A DNA stretch of 64,000 bases from Macrostomum lignano (taxonomy: Eukaryota), in contig NIVC01000814.1 of the NCBI GenBank assembly GCA_002269645.1, positions 186,001-250,000 on the forward strand, in the 5' to 3' direction. Of the stretch, positions 42,604 through 54,100 are shown piece after piece. Positions within the stretch are counted from its first letter, which is position 1; each line of letters starts with the position of its first letter. Under the pieces are notes generated by a model that was given only the letters and a program-made list of their open reading frames with translations, had not been told where the DNA came from and made no database searches. Position numbers and translations under genes: made by a program.

Positions 42604-43239
42604 CCGGTTGTTTCGCCCCCAAACCGTTTCGGCCATGGGCATTTCGCCCCCAGACCGTTTCGGCCATGGACCGTTTCGCCTCCAATTTGGGCATGGGTAT
42701 TAATTTACTATTATGTATTAACTAGAGATACATCTGTACATGTATCTTTTTTCAATGCTAATTTTTAGTTTTAATGCGTAATAAAATATGATCTGAATTG
42801 TTGCCACAACAATTGTGTTATTGCGTTATTGCGATTTTGTTTATTACGATTGTGAATTATTACGAGTTTTTTAAAGTCATTCCTTTCAAAGGTACAAGGC
42901 AAGGTAATTAGGCCAGAAATATTTGGACTAGAGCGTTATGGACATACAAACCTTAGAGATTTAGTATATTTGGATTGTTGGTGCTTTAATTTAGCCCCTG
43001 GAGTGGGGGTGGCTACTATTGAACCTCGCTTATAATAAATCGTATCGTTGGTTGTCAGTGCTGGCACTTTTTCCTCATCTCGCATACTCTCAGCTCATGA
43101 CTTTGTTAATTTCAACCCTGGTCCAAATTGGAGGCGAAACGTTCCATGGCCGAAACGGTTTGTGCGAAACGGTATGTGGACGAAATGGTCTGGGGGCGAA
43201 ATTTCCATGGCCGAAACAGTTTATGGGCAAAACGACTGG
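42604..43239. mobile_element. MITE/foldback element with subterminal ccgtttcg(c/g)cc repeats
   Basis: Left arm 42604-42690 is inverted relative to right arm 43123-43239 (ccatggccgaaac, gaggcgaaac, gggggcgaaat). TSD not resolved. Confidence 0.65.
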
Positions 43240-44277
43240 TTACCGAGTCGTCCTTGCTTCGTCGTTTAAAGGATAAGAAACTGATAAAAATTACATTAAG
43301 TATAATTGGGTTACAAAAAATTTTACGTCGTCGTTCATTACAGATAAATAAATTTATAACAATTTAACAGCACGGCAAGCCAATGGTTAGAAAGTATATA
43401 AATAATTCGACAATTTTTGCTTGTTTTCGCTTAAAATTGTGGACATCATATTTAAATAGTTAAACTTGATCGGCGCTATACGGCGCGGCCTTAAACTCCG
43501 ATCGATCGATCTCTGCAGTATTTGCACAAGCACAAGCACAACCAATCATGCGAATCATGGTAATTGCAGATATTTTATGGACCGAAACTCGCTCTCTTAC
43601 TCTGTCTAACTAAATAGGGATGCCTAAAATTTCGTAAATTCTTGATTTTCACGTCTAGGCTTTTCATATACGTCGTTTCCTGCCAGTCTGACACATTCAC
43701 ACATACCTTTCCATGTATATATCGTCTTGTGATATTTAACATACATAGGCCTAGCTAGGAACCTGGGCCTAGGCCTACCCCTATAACTTTTCAACACAAT
43801 AGTTTTAGCCTATATTAAAAAATAAAAATGCCAATTGAATAGTTTGTCAAATTGCATATATAGCACATATTGAATAGTTTAGGCAACAAAATATATAGGC
43901 CTAGAATAGATTTTTTGCAAATGAATGTATATTGTACACAATATACTAATGTACAATACTAAATACTAAATATAGTATTTATACTAAATTTTTAGAATGA
44001 AACTATAAGCCTAGTTTAAAAGCTTAGTGTCAAGTCAGTTTATGTTGATGCTAATAAAAATCTACAGTTTTCAAAGCATCTATAGTAAATAGGGGGCCTA
44101 ATGGGTGCTAGTAAACTTGTCAACTTTTTTTGTCAATTGGCCTACTTATATTGGATTTCGTCAACTGGTAAATTCGTCAACTGGTAAAATTCCTCAGCAT
44201 ACAGTAGCATGTAGGCCTAACATGTGTGTATGCAGCTATCTCACTCTTAGTGCACAGATAAAACATTCATAAGGAAT

Positions 44278-44455
44278 AGATTTCTAGGAAGCAAACATCC
44301 AAATTCTGCAAGCAAAGTTTGGCAAGCAAAGTTTGGAAAGCAAAGTTAGGCATGCAAAGTTTGGCAAGCAAAATTTGGATAGCAAACTTTGGCAAGCAGT
44401 TTGGCAAGCAAAATTCCTACAAGCAAACTTTCTGCAAGCAAATGTTGTATCCCCA
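44278..44455 (+). mobile_element. Solo arm of the same foldback family (gcaagcaaa repeats)
   Basis: Begins tttctaggaagca and contains about 10 gcaagcaaa units, matching the 12.7-13.9 kb element. Confidence 0.6.
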
Positions 44456-44459
44456 GAAT

Positions 44460-44861
44460 TAGAGGTTGGATGGGATTGAAATCTTCAATCAGGATTGATA
44501 ATAATTTTTTTCTCAGGACCAGGATTGGGATCGGGATTCAAGAATCAGGATCAGGTCTCTTAGTGTATTGTCCATGTAAAGTTAGGCCTAAACAAAATTG
44601 AGAAAAGATTGTCAAGATCAGGAAATAAAACACAACAAAATTGATATGAAGTTTTGTAACCAACAAAGTAAATAATATGAGTATAAGTTAAAGCAAAATA
44701 GGCCTAGGCCTACCTTCAAGTAATCACTAATTCTATAAATTTTTAATCAAAAGACCTGTTCCCACATCTCGAGTTTTTTAGGGTTGGGTTTCTAGTCCCG
44801 CAGGAATTCAATTTTCTTCGGGATCCCAAGATTTTGGGATCGGGATCCTGTCCAACATCTA
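44460..44861. mobile_element. hAT-like MITE (about 400 bp)
   Basis: Imperfect TIRs tagaggttggatgggat / atcctgtccaacatcta, subterminal gggat repeats, and a degenerate 8-bp TSD (cccagaat / gctagaat). Confidence 0.5.
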
Positions 44862-47800
44862 GCTAGAATATACGGCTATGCATGGTATTGTTCAAATATA
44901 GGCTAAATATTTTTAACCTAGGAAATACAAAGTTAAAATAGGTTAAAAAGCAAAAGAAAAATAGGCAAACAAGTTAAAGTAGGGGCCTACATAAAGGTCA
45001 TTCTATATGAAATGGACATAAAAATAAAAATATTTCTAGATAGGCCCTATCTGTATCTAAATGCTAAACTATACTAGGCACTTCAGTGAGAAAATTAAAT
45101 TTCAGAAATTGTTATAGGCTGCTATTTCACTAGATAGATCTTACTTTCCCATTTCCAAAATGGCCAAACTTTAGTGATTTGGTTGAGTAATAAGGAAACT
45201 ACAGCTATTTTAGTAACCCCGATTTGTGCCTTTAGCCAATGGAATTTTTACATTATGGTTTGTGATCATTTTTGGCCAAAAAGTTGGCTTTTTGTCTTTG
45301 AACACTTGTAATTAATTTTCTAGCCAACCAAAATGACTGTGCTTGGTGTCATTTTGTTCAGTTTTTTAGTGTTAATTGTATGAATTATATATTTTAATAT
45401 TATTTTATATGCCCAAGTTGCTAAGCTAATTGAAACAGGATGGGTGTATGAAATTTTGACTATTTTAACCAGATACGCAATGATTGCAATTTTAAAAATA
45501 CAATAGCATCTGTTCTGCTTGCTTAATTTATACAAGGCTAGTGTCATTTTGTTCAGGTTTTTACCTACTATAATACTATTCTACTTCTTGCCCTAAATTT
45601 TTAATGCATGACAGACACCCCAACTGCAATGTAATGTGCTGTACAGGCTTTGCGCATGGGTTTATTAAAAAACGGTTTTGTCTATCGTGTTCAGCATAGC
45701 AGAATTAGTTAAATGACATAGAGAACTAGTTTGCCGGAAGGCAGAGTCTCACAAAAAACACGAAATACACGTTTCAATGGGTATTTTACATGTAAACGTA
45801 TCAAAAAAAGAAACCTCCACAAAATTTTTGCGCCTATAGCTATTGGCAAGCAGTTTTTTTTACTGTGCTTGTATTGTCAATAGGTAATGAAAAATATAAA
45901 GAGAAACAATGCAGGAAAAGGATTTCATGGAAAATTTTGGATTTGAAATTTTGCATAGAGCCATATGGGCATTAAAAGAAAAAAAAATTTTTTTTAACAC
46001 CAGAAAAATGTTTCTAAATTATCCCTTTACACTATAAAACCTTTGTTTCCATTATAAGAAACACATTGCAGCTAAGAAAAAGCATTTTCTGAACCACTGT
46101 TTTTTTATTCATTTTGGCTTCAATTTTATATTCCTCCTAAAAAATGGTCAACTTTAAAAATAGACAGTGCAAAAAGTATAACAAAGCTAGACTTGCAGTT
46201 GGTGTCATTTGAAAGAGCTCCTTTTTACCTTTTAAATGCATATTTTACTTTCATCCTGGCTTCTATAGTTTCTTTAAAATCGCCCTTGAAAAATTGGACT
46301 TTTTTCTTACTTTTTTGCCATTGGCACGCACTTCTTATAACTCACTGAAGTCCCTAACTATACGCCTAATATTAAAATTCCCATTTTATAATATTATACA
46401 AAATAAGGAATATATATAGGCCTATCTAATAATCTATGTTTATAAAAAAGATTATGATCTTTTTTATTTCAAATTACCAAATAAAGCCAAGGGTTTAGTA
46501 TATTATTTAGTATATTTAGATTAAAATTATTAATAGACCTTGTTGCCCTAGGCCTAAGCCTAACTAAGCCTAAGTCTAAGATTTGCCCAAAATCTAAGAT
46601 TTGCCCAAAGTCTAAAAGCCATTCTAGCTTTGAGTAGCTTTTAGTTTTTCTATTCAATAAGCTTTTTTGTATTGAAACTTAAATAATAACAATTAAATCA
46701 AGATTTTATTTATTAAATACATTGTCAAATTAGTTTTTATTTCTAGCATGATTATGGGTAAAGGGCCTAAAATAAAAAAATATTATAATCTTTCTAATCT
46801 TGGTTTATTTTTTTGTGCAATAGAAATTCCATAGCTATTCTTAAGACCAATTCTTTAAAGCAATCTTGGCTTTAAAGCAATACAATTTTATATCCTAGTA
46901 CTAGCAAAAAACAGGCTAGGTCATGGATGCTATATGACAACTTGACTATCTAAATTGTATCCTAAAATTGCACCTTGAATGCAATATTGTATCTTGGTAC
47001 TTACTAAAAAACCCTGTTTTCCAATCTTTAAAATTAAAGATCTTATTTGTTAGCATTAGTCATCAGATAATATATAAATCATATTGATATAGATAGGACT
47101 AAATTTTAATTAAAGCTAGTCAAGCAAGGTCAAAATAATAGAGCCTATTAGAATTATTAGGGATACTAGATAAGTAACAGCTAGGCTAGTCTAATGGCCT
47201 TGACAATCCCTATCACAAAAAAGCCCATTCACATTTAAAATACAATAGGACTTAATATATAGTAAAACTATATTAGCCAAGTATGCACAATAAGTATCAT
47301 AGGAAGAGGGAAATCACTACTAAATAAATACTGACTAAATAATTAAAAGATAATATTCAAGAATGCAGGATATAGTATAAAAATTATATAGATTTGTCAT
47401 TAAAATACTTTAATTAAAATAGTTTTTCAATTATATTCAATATTCAATAATCTAGATTCAATAGATTCAATAATCTATAAGCAGCAAGTAGCTAGTTATA
47501 ATTTTTATAAAATTGCATATTTAAAAAGGTTCAAACATATGGTCTACATTGGCTAAATAGCTATATAAATATAATATAGCCATTATATTAATTTGAAAAT
47601 AAATGAGTCTAGGTACTTAGCAAGATGATATTTGGCAATCCTAACCAAAAGTATAGGATAAAGAAGATAGCCTTATAGGTTCCATAAAGTTGGTCCACTT
47701 GGCTACCCTTTGCATATATACATTTGTAAATTTCAGTGGGGACAAATTCAAGCAGATGCTTGTGAAGGTAACCCTGAATGCATCTATAGCCCCTTTTTAA

Positions 47801-48897
47801 GCACAGGATGTCTATTACTATTCTTAAAATATTCCACCATGGAAAATTTTGTTTTGTTAGAGATTATTTTGGCAAGTTTTTATAATTATCAATGGTATTA
47901 AAAATAGCAACACTGTTGCATTGGTCATAAGGAATAATCTTAATTGCCAAATGTTATTTGCTTATCAAAGCAATAATGATGTTTAGATTAAAGTCTTCTA
48001 TATTATCATAATGTTATTACTTGGTCATAGATATAATTGGCCTTTCAGAGTGAGAGCTATTAATGATAGTGTTGGCTAGTTCTAATTGATTCAATCTAGT
48101 AGGAAAACTGATATAAAATAACTGCTTTCTATTGAATTTTTTGCATTCTTACATATCTATGACTATATGAAAACATAAAATTACTACTGATTAGTAATGA
48201 AATTTTCCATTTTTAAGGTTTAAATCCATTATACTAAAAATTAGTGTTAAAGGCAAGTTGCCAAAACTTTTGTATAGTATACCCTTCATATAACTAAAAG
48301 GCCTAAAACATTAGTGGAATTCTCTATTAGCACCACTCATTACTATCATGTTGTGGCAATACAATTTGCAATTAACAATTAACCTTAAAGCCTTAGTTTT
48401 TAGCTTTTACAAAGTATATAGTTGTTGAGTCTTATAGTAGTACAACTAGATAGTAAAATATCCAATCTTGAATATTTGTTGCTAGCATTGTACACAATTA
48501 CTAGTTATGTATCAGTTTAAATTGTGTAATACAACTAACTGTTTATCTAGATCTTATAATAAGAAAATAAGCCTTTTAATTACTAGTCTATAAGCTTATA
48601 CTACACAAGCCTATATAGACTGCAGAAAAGTATGCTACATGCTAAAATAGCCATGTAAGAGCAAAGCAGAACCATGCTTTTACATTTAAGGTTCTTTGCT
48701 ATTGCCACACTGTTTTTTCTCTTACAAAGTGCTCTAGGTCTAATAAATATAGCAAAGTATATGGCCTCATTCTTTTGCTCCTGATTTAAGCTGTTTGTAG
48801 CTTAAATCTTCGATGCCATCTGGCAATTACAGCATCTGCCAGGTCCGTCTAGACCACAGTGCAGTTTCTCAACTTCTTCATCAATAAGCATCAAAGA

Positions 48898-49560
48898 ATG
48901 GAGAAAGTATTAATATTAATTCGTCAGACAGCTTTCCGCGATAAACTGTTCCGTTTGGTGCAATATGCCAGCCGTCTGTTGGCGCACCTTCTCGAAGTGA
49001 AACGATTAGGCGGATTAGATGGACTTCGAGCTAGACAGGAGCTGATAGTTAAGCTAACCAGATTAGAGCTTCATTTGAGCACAGCTAGAAAGCTGTTGCG
49101 ACTCGGCAATAGCGCCGATTCAATCTACGCTGCTTTGCGAAGTCTGCATATTAAAAACGATGTACACCGATTCACCATTACAATGTCTAGGATTGCATCG
49201 GCAATATTCTTACTGATTGACCATTGGCTATGGGTTGGTCGAGTAGGCTTGGCTCAAGTTGATAAAACCAAATGGAGTTCGATTAGCAATCGATTCTGGC
49301 TATTGTCCATTCTGTTAGGGTTGACACGCGACGCTTACGATATTACTAACTATTGCCAGGCGTCTGGCGGCCTGTCTAGAGCGCTGCGCGACCGTCCACT
49401 GCTGCTCGATACTGCTAAGAATATCTGCGATCTATTCCTACCAGTAGTATCGTTAAACTATGTTCGTCTGTCGCCTGGAGCCCAAGGATTCTTCGGTTTG
49501 ATATCGTCGGCGTTGGCTTTGGCTGTAATTGCCAAGCCCTCGTTGAAATTGATTCCATAA
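48898..49560 (+). CDS. PEX11: Peroxisomal biogenesis factor 11 (single exon, 220 aa)
   Basis: RDKLFRLVQYASR, LSTARKLLRLG, LLIDHWLWVGRVGL, KNICDLFLP, GFFGLISS and a C-terminal PSLKLIP. The first ATG is at 48898. Confidence 0.9.
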   Translation: MEKVLILIRQTAFRDKLFRLVQYASRLLAHLLEVKRLGGLDGLRARQELIVKLTRLELHLSTARKLLRLGNSADSIYAALRSLHIKNDVHRFTITMSRIASAIFLLIDHWLWVGRVGLAQVDKTKWSSISNRFWLLSILLGLTRDAYDITNYCQASGGLSRALRDRPLLLDTAKNICDLFLPVVSLNYVRLSPGAQGFFGLISSALALAVIAKPSLKLIP

Positions 49561-49789
49561 AACTATTGATAAAGTTTGTTTTTGCGGTCTTTCTGATTTT
49601 CAATTGATTTTCGTTCAAATGTTTAAATTGTAATTTTTTACTGTTTTTATCGGGTTGATGTTGAAGATCAGGATGAGGCTTTGTTATTTTAATAAATGAA
49701 ATACTTTCTTTCGATTCTAAAGGACAACAGAAAGTTAATTGAAGGTGTTGTACTAGTTGCGACTGAAGTACACAACTCAAGGATCTAAT

Positions 49790-50089
49790 AATTATAATAA
49801 TTGATTACAACTGTTCTCCATTGGGCCAGATGTGCAACCGACAGCTCAGCCGCAGCTATTGCGCGGCGCATCTGAAGGCTGCGTACGGCTGTTCAGTCCA
49901 AGGAATGGGGGGGGTCGCCACACACACCCTCAATTACCCCAGCTGGCACCCATTTCACAGCTGGGTGAACTGAAGCAATGCAGAGTTAAGTGTCTTTCTC
50001 AAGGACACAAATTGTTCCGAGTAGGTTGAGAATCGAACCCCCGACCTATTAGTCGTGAGTTCGACGCTCTAACCACTAGACTACAACCC
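49790..50089 (-). mobile_element. tRNA-derived CORE-like SINE family B, full-length copy downstream of PEX11
   Basis: Same head and CORE-like block (gtgtccttgagaaagacacttaactc...cacccagctgtgaaatgggtgcc), an extra 3' segment and an AT-rich simple tail. Confidence 0.8.
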
Positions 50090-50444
50090 AAGGGTCAAGG
50101 GTCTAGTACTACTAGCGACTCTAAGGTACTGAAGTCGAGGTCTAAAACTATAAGCGACTCTAAAATACTGAGTTTTTTCCTTTGATTGAAGTATAGTATT
50201 GCGAATAAAAATTTAGTTTATGATTATTGTTACTTCTTGCTAAGTAAAATATTAATTGTGAATTTTCCTGTTCTGAAAAATGACAAATACACATTTTTTG
50301 TAACTTTTGAATTTTGAAATTGCCTTGCTTTTGCGTGTTATTTTTTAACTAATTTTATTTCATGTAGAATTATGAAGTAATTTACCCTTAGTAAGTTAGC
50401 ACCTTAGATTGAATGAATCATCAAGCCCGGTTTCCGAATGTAAA

Positions 50445-50960
50445 CTCTATAATCAATACCCAGTCTTTAATGTACACTCAATGATCAATACCCAGTCCCC
50501 TAATATAGACTCAATGATCAATTCCCTAATGTACACTCAATGATTAATACCCAGTCTCCTAATGTACACTCAATGATGAATACCCGAGTGCCTAATGTAC
50601 ACTCAATGATCAATACCCCAGTGCCTAATGTACACTCAATTATCAATACCCCAGTCCCCAATGTACACTCAATTATCAATACCCCAGTCCCCAATGTACA
50701 CTCAATTATCAATACCCCAGTCCCCAATGTACACTCAATGATCAATACCCCAGTGCCTAATATACACTCAATGATCGATAACCCAGTCCCCAATGTACAC
50801 TCAATGATCAATTCCCCAGTCCGCAATGTACACTCAATGATCAATACCCCATTGTCTAATGTACACTCAATGATCAATACCCCAGTGTCTAATGTACACT
50901 CAATGATTAATACCCCAGTGCCTAATGTACACTCAATGATCAATACCTCGTCCCCAATGT
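50445..50960 (+). repeat. 33-nt minisatellite (aatgtacactcaatgatcaataccccagtgcct) between PEX11 and SENP
   Basis: About 15 units. Confidence 0.95.
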
Positions 50961-51190
50961 ACAAGCAAACTGCTAAAACTAATTCCATTGTTCTACATCA
51001 AAGTTATGTATCAATTTCAGCCATTTAGATCGCCAGCGCAACCAAACCCGTTCTAAGCTGCATTCGAAGCAGCGCGGGAAATTCCTAGAATTTTCTATTC
51101 CAAGAATTGACAGCCAAAAATAGAAAATCCAGCAACAGAACAGGGAGCTGAACACACACGCAATTTCAATCGCTTTCTATTGATATTTTT

Positions 51191-54100
51191 ATGCTGCGTA
51201 AGCATTGCTCTGGTAGCAAGCAGCAGCCGCCGCGGCAGCAGTTGTTGTCGCTTAAGAAAATTCCTAATCGAAATAGAAAACGTTCTGCTTTGAAAAAGCA
51301 GAAGAGACCTGCCCGGTTAGTGGCAACAACTTATCTGGACTTGGAGCGTCCGAAATCAATTTGTACGAAATCGTTTCGTCAGGCTCTTCTCCAAGCGATT
51401 GGCAGTTCCGACTCTATTAATAATAATAGTAATTACGCTAACAATAATTCATCCGCCAGAGGCTACTATCGGCAATTAGTAGTATATTGCGAGCGTTGCG
51501 GCAGTTTAGGCGTAGAATTAGCCACCTGCAATTTGTGCGGCCGCTATTTGCCAATGCCGGCAGTTGCAACCAAATCTGATAACAAGGCCGGTATGATTAG
51601 CGCTACTACTGCTAAACGAAAGTCTGCCACCCCTGCCGTTGCTGCTGCTTCGTCCTCGTCTTCTGTTGTTGCTGCTGCTGCTTCTAGTAGCGCATCTGCT
51701 TCAGTGCATCCCGCCTCGTCTTCTCCTACTAAGTCGCCTATTGTGGCCGCTGCCCAGCATAGACAGTCACAGCGGCCATCAGGTCAGCTCGGTGCTGTCC
51801 CACCCAGCTGTCTGCAGACTGGCGCCGCTCTGTCGGCTGATATCCAACGATTCTTAGCGTCGCGTAGCGCCTCCATTCGAGTGTCTGCATCGTCTGTAGC
51901 GGCGAGTTCATTGAACAATCGGCTGCCGGCACCGGCTTCGGCTGCTGTTGCTGTAGCGAAAACTTCTGTACCTCGTGTAGCTTCTGTACAGCGCCAACTC
52001 GTTAGCGTTGGAGGGTAATTAATTTTTAGTTCTATTGTTTATAGGGTTTAAAATCACAGTTTACTTAATCACAGATTTGTCGTGACCAGAAACGCTAAAG
52101 AGTCATTGCAAACAGCTCACTAGTGACTCAGCGACTCTGGGCCACGACTCTTGTAACTTTTTTTAACGATTCAAACGACTGTAGTGCGACGGAGTGGCGA
52201 CTGTTAAGTCACGATCGCGCATCACGTGAGTTGCAGAATCGTACGTAAAAGAGTCGTATTTAGCTAAAGTTGTTTTAACTAGATGACGAGGCATTTAGCC
52301 TTAATACTTCGGTCATAGTTACTCCTGCCGTTTACCCTAAATTAATTTATGGTTTCTTACATAGGTAAGTCGCATTTTTTGGTCAAAAAGTAAGCCGGGC
52401 CGGTAATTAAGTAAGTTGGCCGATGTAAATAAATCAAGGGGTTGCGCATGTAGGATAAAGCACAATAAAAAAGTACATTTCGTACATTTATCAAAAATCA
52501 ATGGAAAATCAGAAAGACCGCAAAAAATTAAATAATAATTAAAAATTAACATTAATAGCGATTTCGACGCAACTCAGCAATTCTGGCACGCCTCAGACAC
52601 GCCTCAGACACGACTCTACTGCCCCAGAGTCATTGGCCTCATCGCCTCAAATTGACTTTTTTTGGCGACTTTTACCGTCTTGTACTAGTATCAAACTTTA
52701 ATACAATGGGATCCATGTTTTAAACAATCCCATTTTTTATCCAGTTATTTTCTTACTATTTTTTCTATTCGCAGAAAAATTAATCTACAGAAGAAAAGTG
52801 ACGCCGCGGCTTCAGCTGCTGCAAAATCTTTACCAGCTTTTAACAAGCCAGTGACTAGCTCCGGGTTCTGCAGTAAGCGGCCTCGCTTAGAGGCACCAGC
52901 CACTTTGCCAGCATCGCAGTCTCGGCTGCCACTGCCGACTCCGGCAGCACCTCCGGCAGCTCGACCGTCAATGAGCAGCTCTTCAAATCAGTCGCTGCTA
53001 GGCAGTCCTGTTGTTGAGATGCCCCTGGATCAGGTGTGCATCGGCAATTCCGCTTTTCAGAAAGTCGACCCGCCGCATAACCTGTTGAAGGTAGGCTAAT
53101 CAGCGTCAAGGGAATAATTATTGGGGAATCTTTGACAGGGAATTGCCTGGGGATTGTTTAGTGTGTAATTTACCTGGAAAATCTATGATAGGGAATTCAC
53201 CTGGGGAATCTTTGATGAGGAATTCACCTGGGAACTCTGATGAGGAATTCAGTCCCCTAGGGAATCTTTGTTTGGGAATTCACCTGGGGAATCTTTGATG
53301 GGGTATTTACTTGGGAAATCTTTGATGGGGATTCACCTGGGGAATATTTGATTGGTAATTCACTTAGGGAATCTTTGATTGGTAATTCACTTGGGGAATA
53401 TTTGATTGGTAATTCACTTGGGGAATCTTTGATTGGTAATTCACTTGGGGAATATTTGATTGGTAATTCACTTGGAGAAACTTTGATTGGTAATTCACTT
53501 GGGGAATCTTTAATTGGTAATTCACTTGGGGAATCTTTGATTGGTAATTCACTTGGGGAATCTTTGATTGGTAATTCACTTGGGGAATATTTGATTGGTA
53601 ATTCACTTGGGGAATCTTTGATTGGTAATTCACTTGGGGAATCTTTGATGGGAGATTCACTTGGGGAATCTTTGGGAGATTCACCTGGGCAATCCTTGAT
53701 GGATAATTCACCTGGGGAATCTTAGGTGGGTAATTCACCAGGGGAATCTTTGATTGGGAATTAACCTGATAGATTTTTGATGGTTAATTCACGTGGGGAA
53801 TCTTTGATGAGGAATTTACCTGAAAATCTTTAATGAGGAACTCACCTGGGGAGTCTTTGATTGGGAATTCACCTGATAGATCTTTGATGGGTAATTCACC
53901 AGGGGAATCTTTGATTGGGAATTAACCTGATAGATCTTTGATGGGTAATTCACCAGGGGAATCTTTGATGGGTAATTCACCAGGGGAATCTTTGATGGGT
54001 AATTCACCAGTGGAATATTTGATGGGTAATTCACCAGGGGAATCTTTGATGGGTAATTCAATTCACCAGGGGAATCTTTGATGGGTAATTCACCAGTGGA

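Noticed and set aside
45000-46400. Possible decayed DNA-transposon remnant
   Set aside because: Only generic AT-rich motifs; no ends or second copy could be supported.
52080-52690. GACTC/GAGTC-rich segment in SENP intron 1, MITE-like
   Set aside because: Could not define TIRs or a TSD.
53235-53275. Hammerhead-like CTGATGAG
   Set aside because: No GAAA box or stems I-III; part of the array edge. No hammerhead core was found elsewhere by eye.
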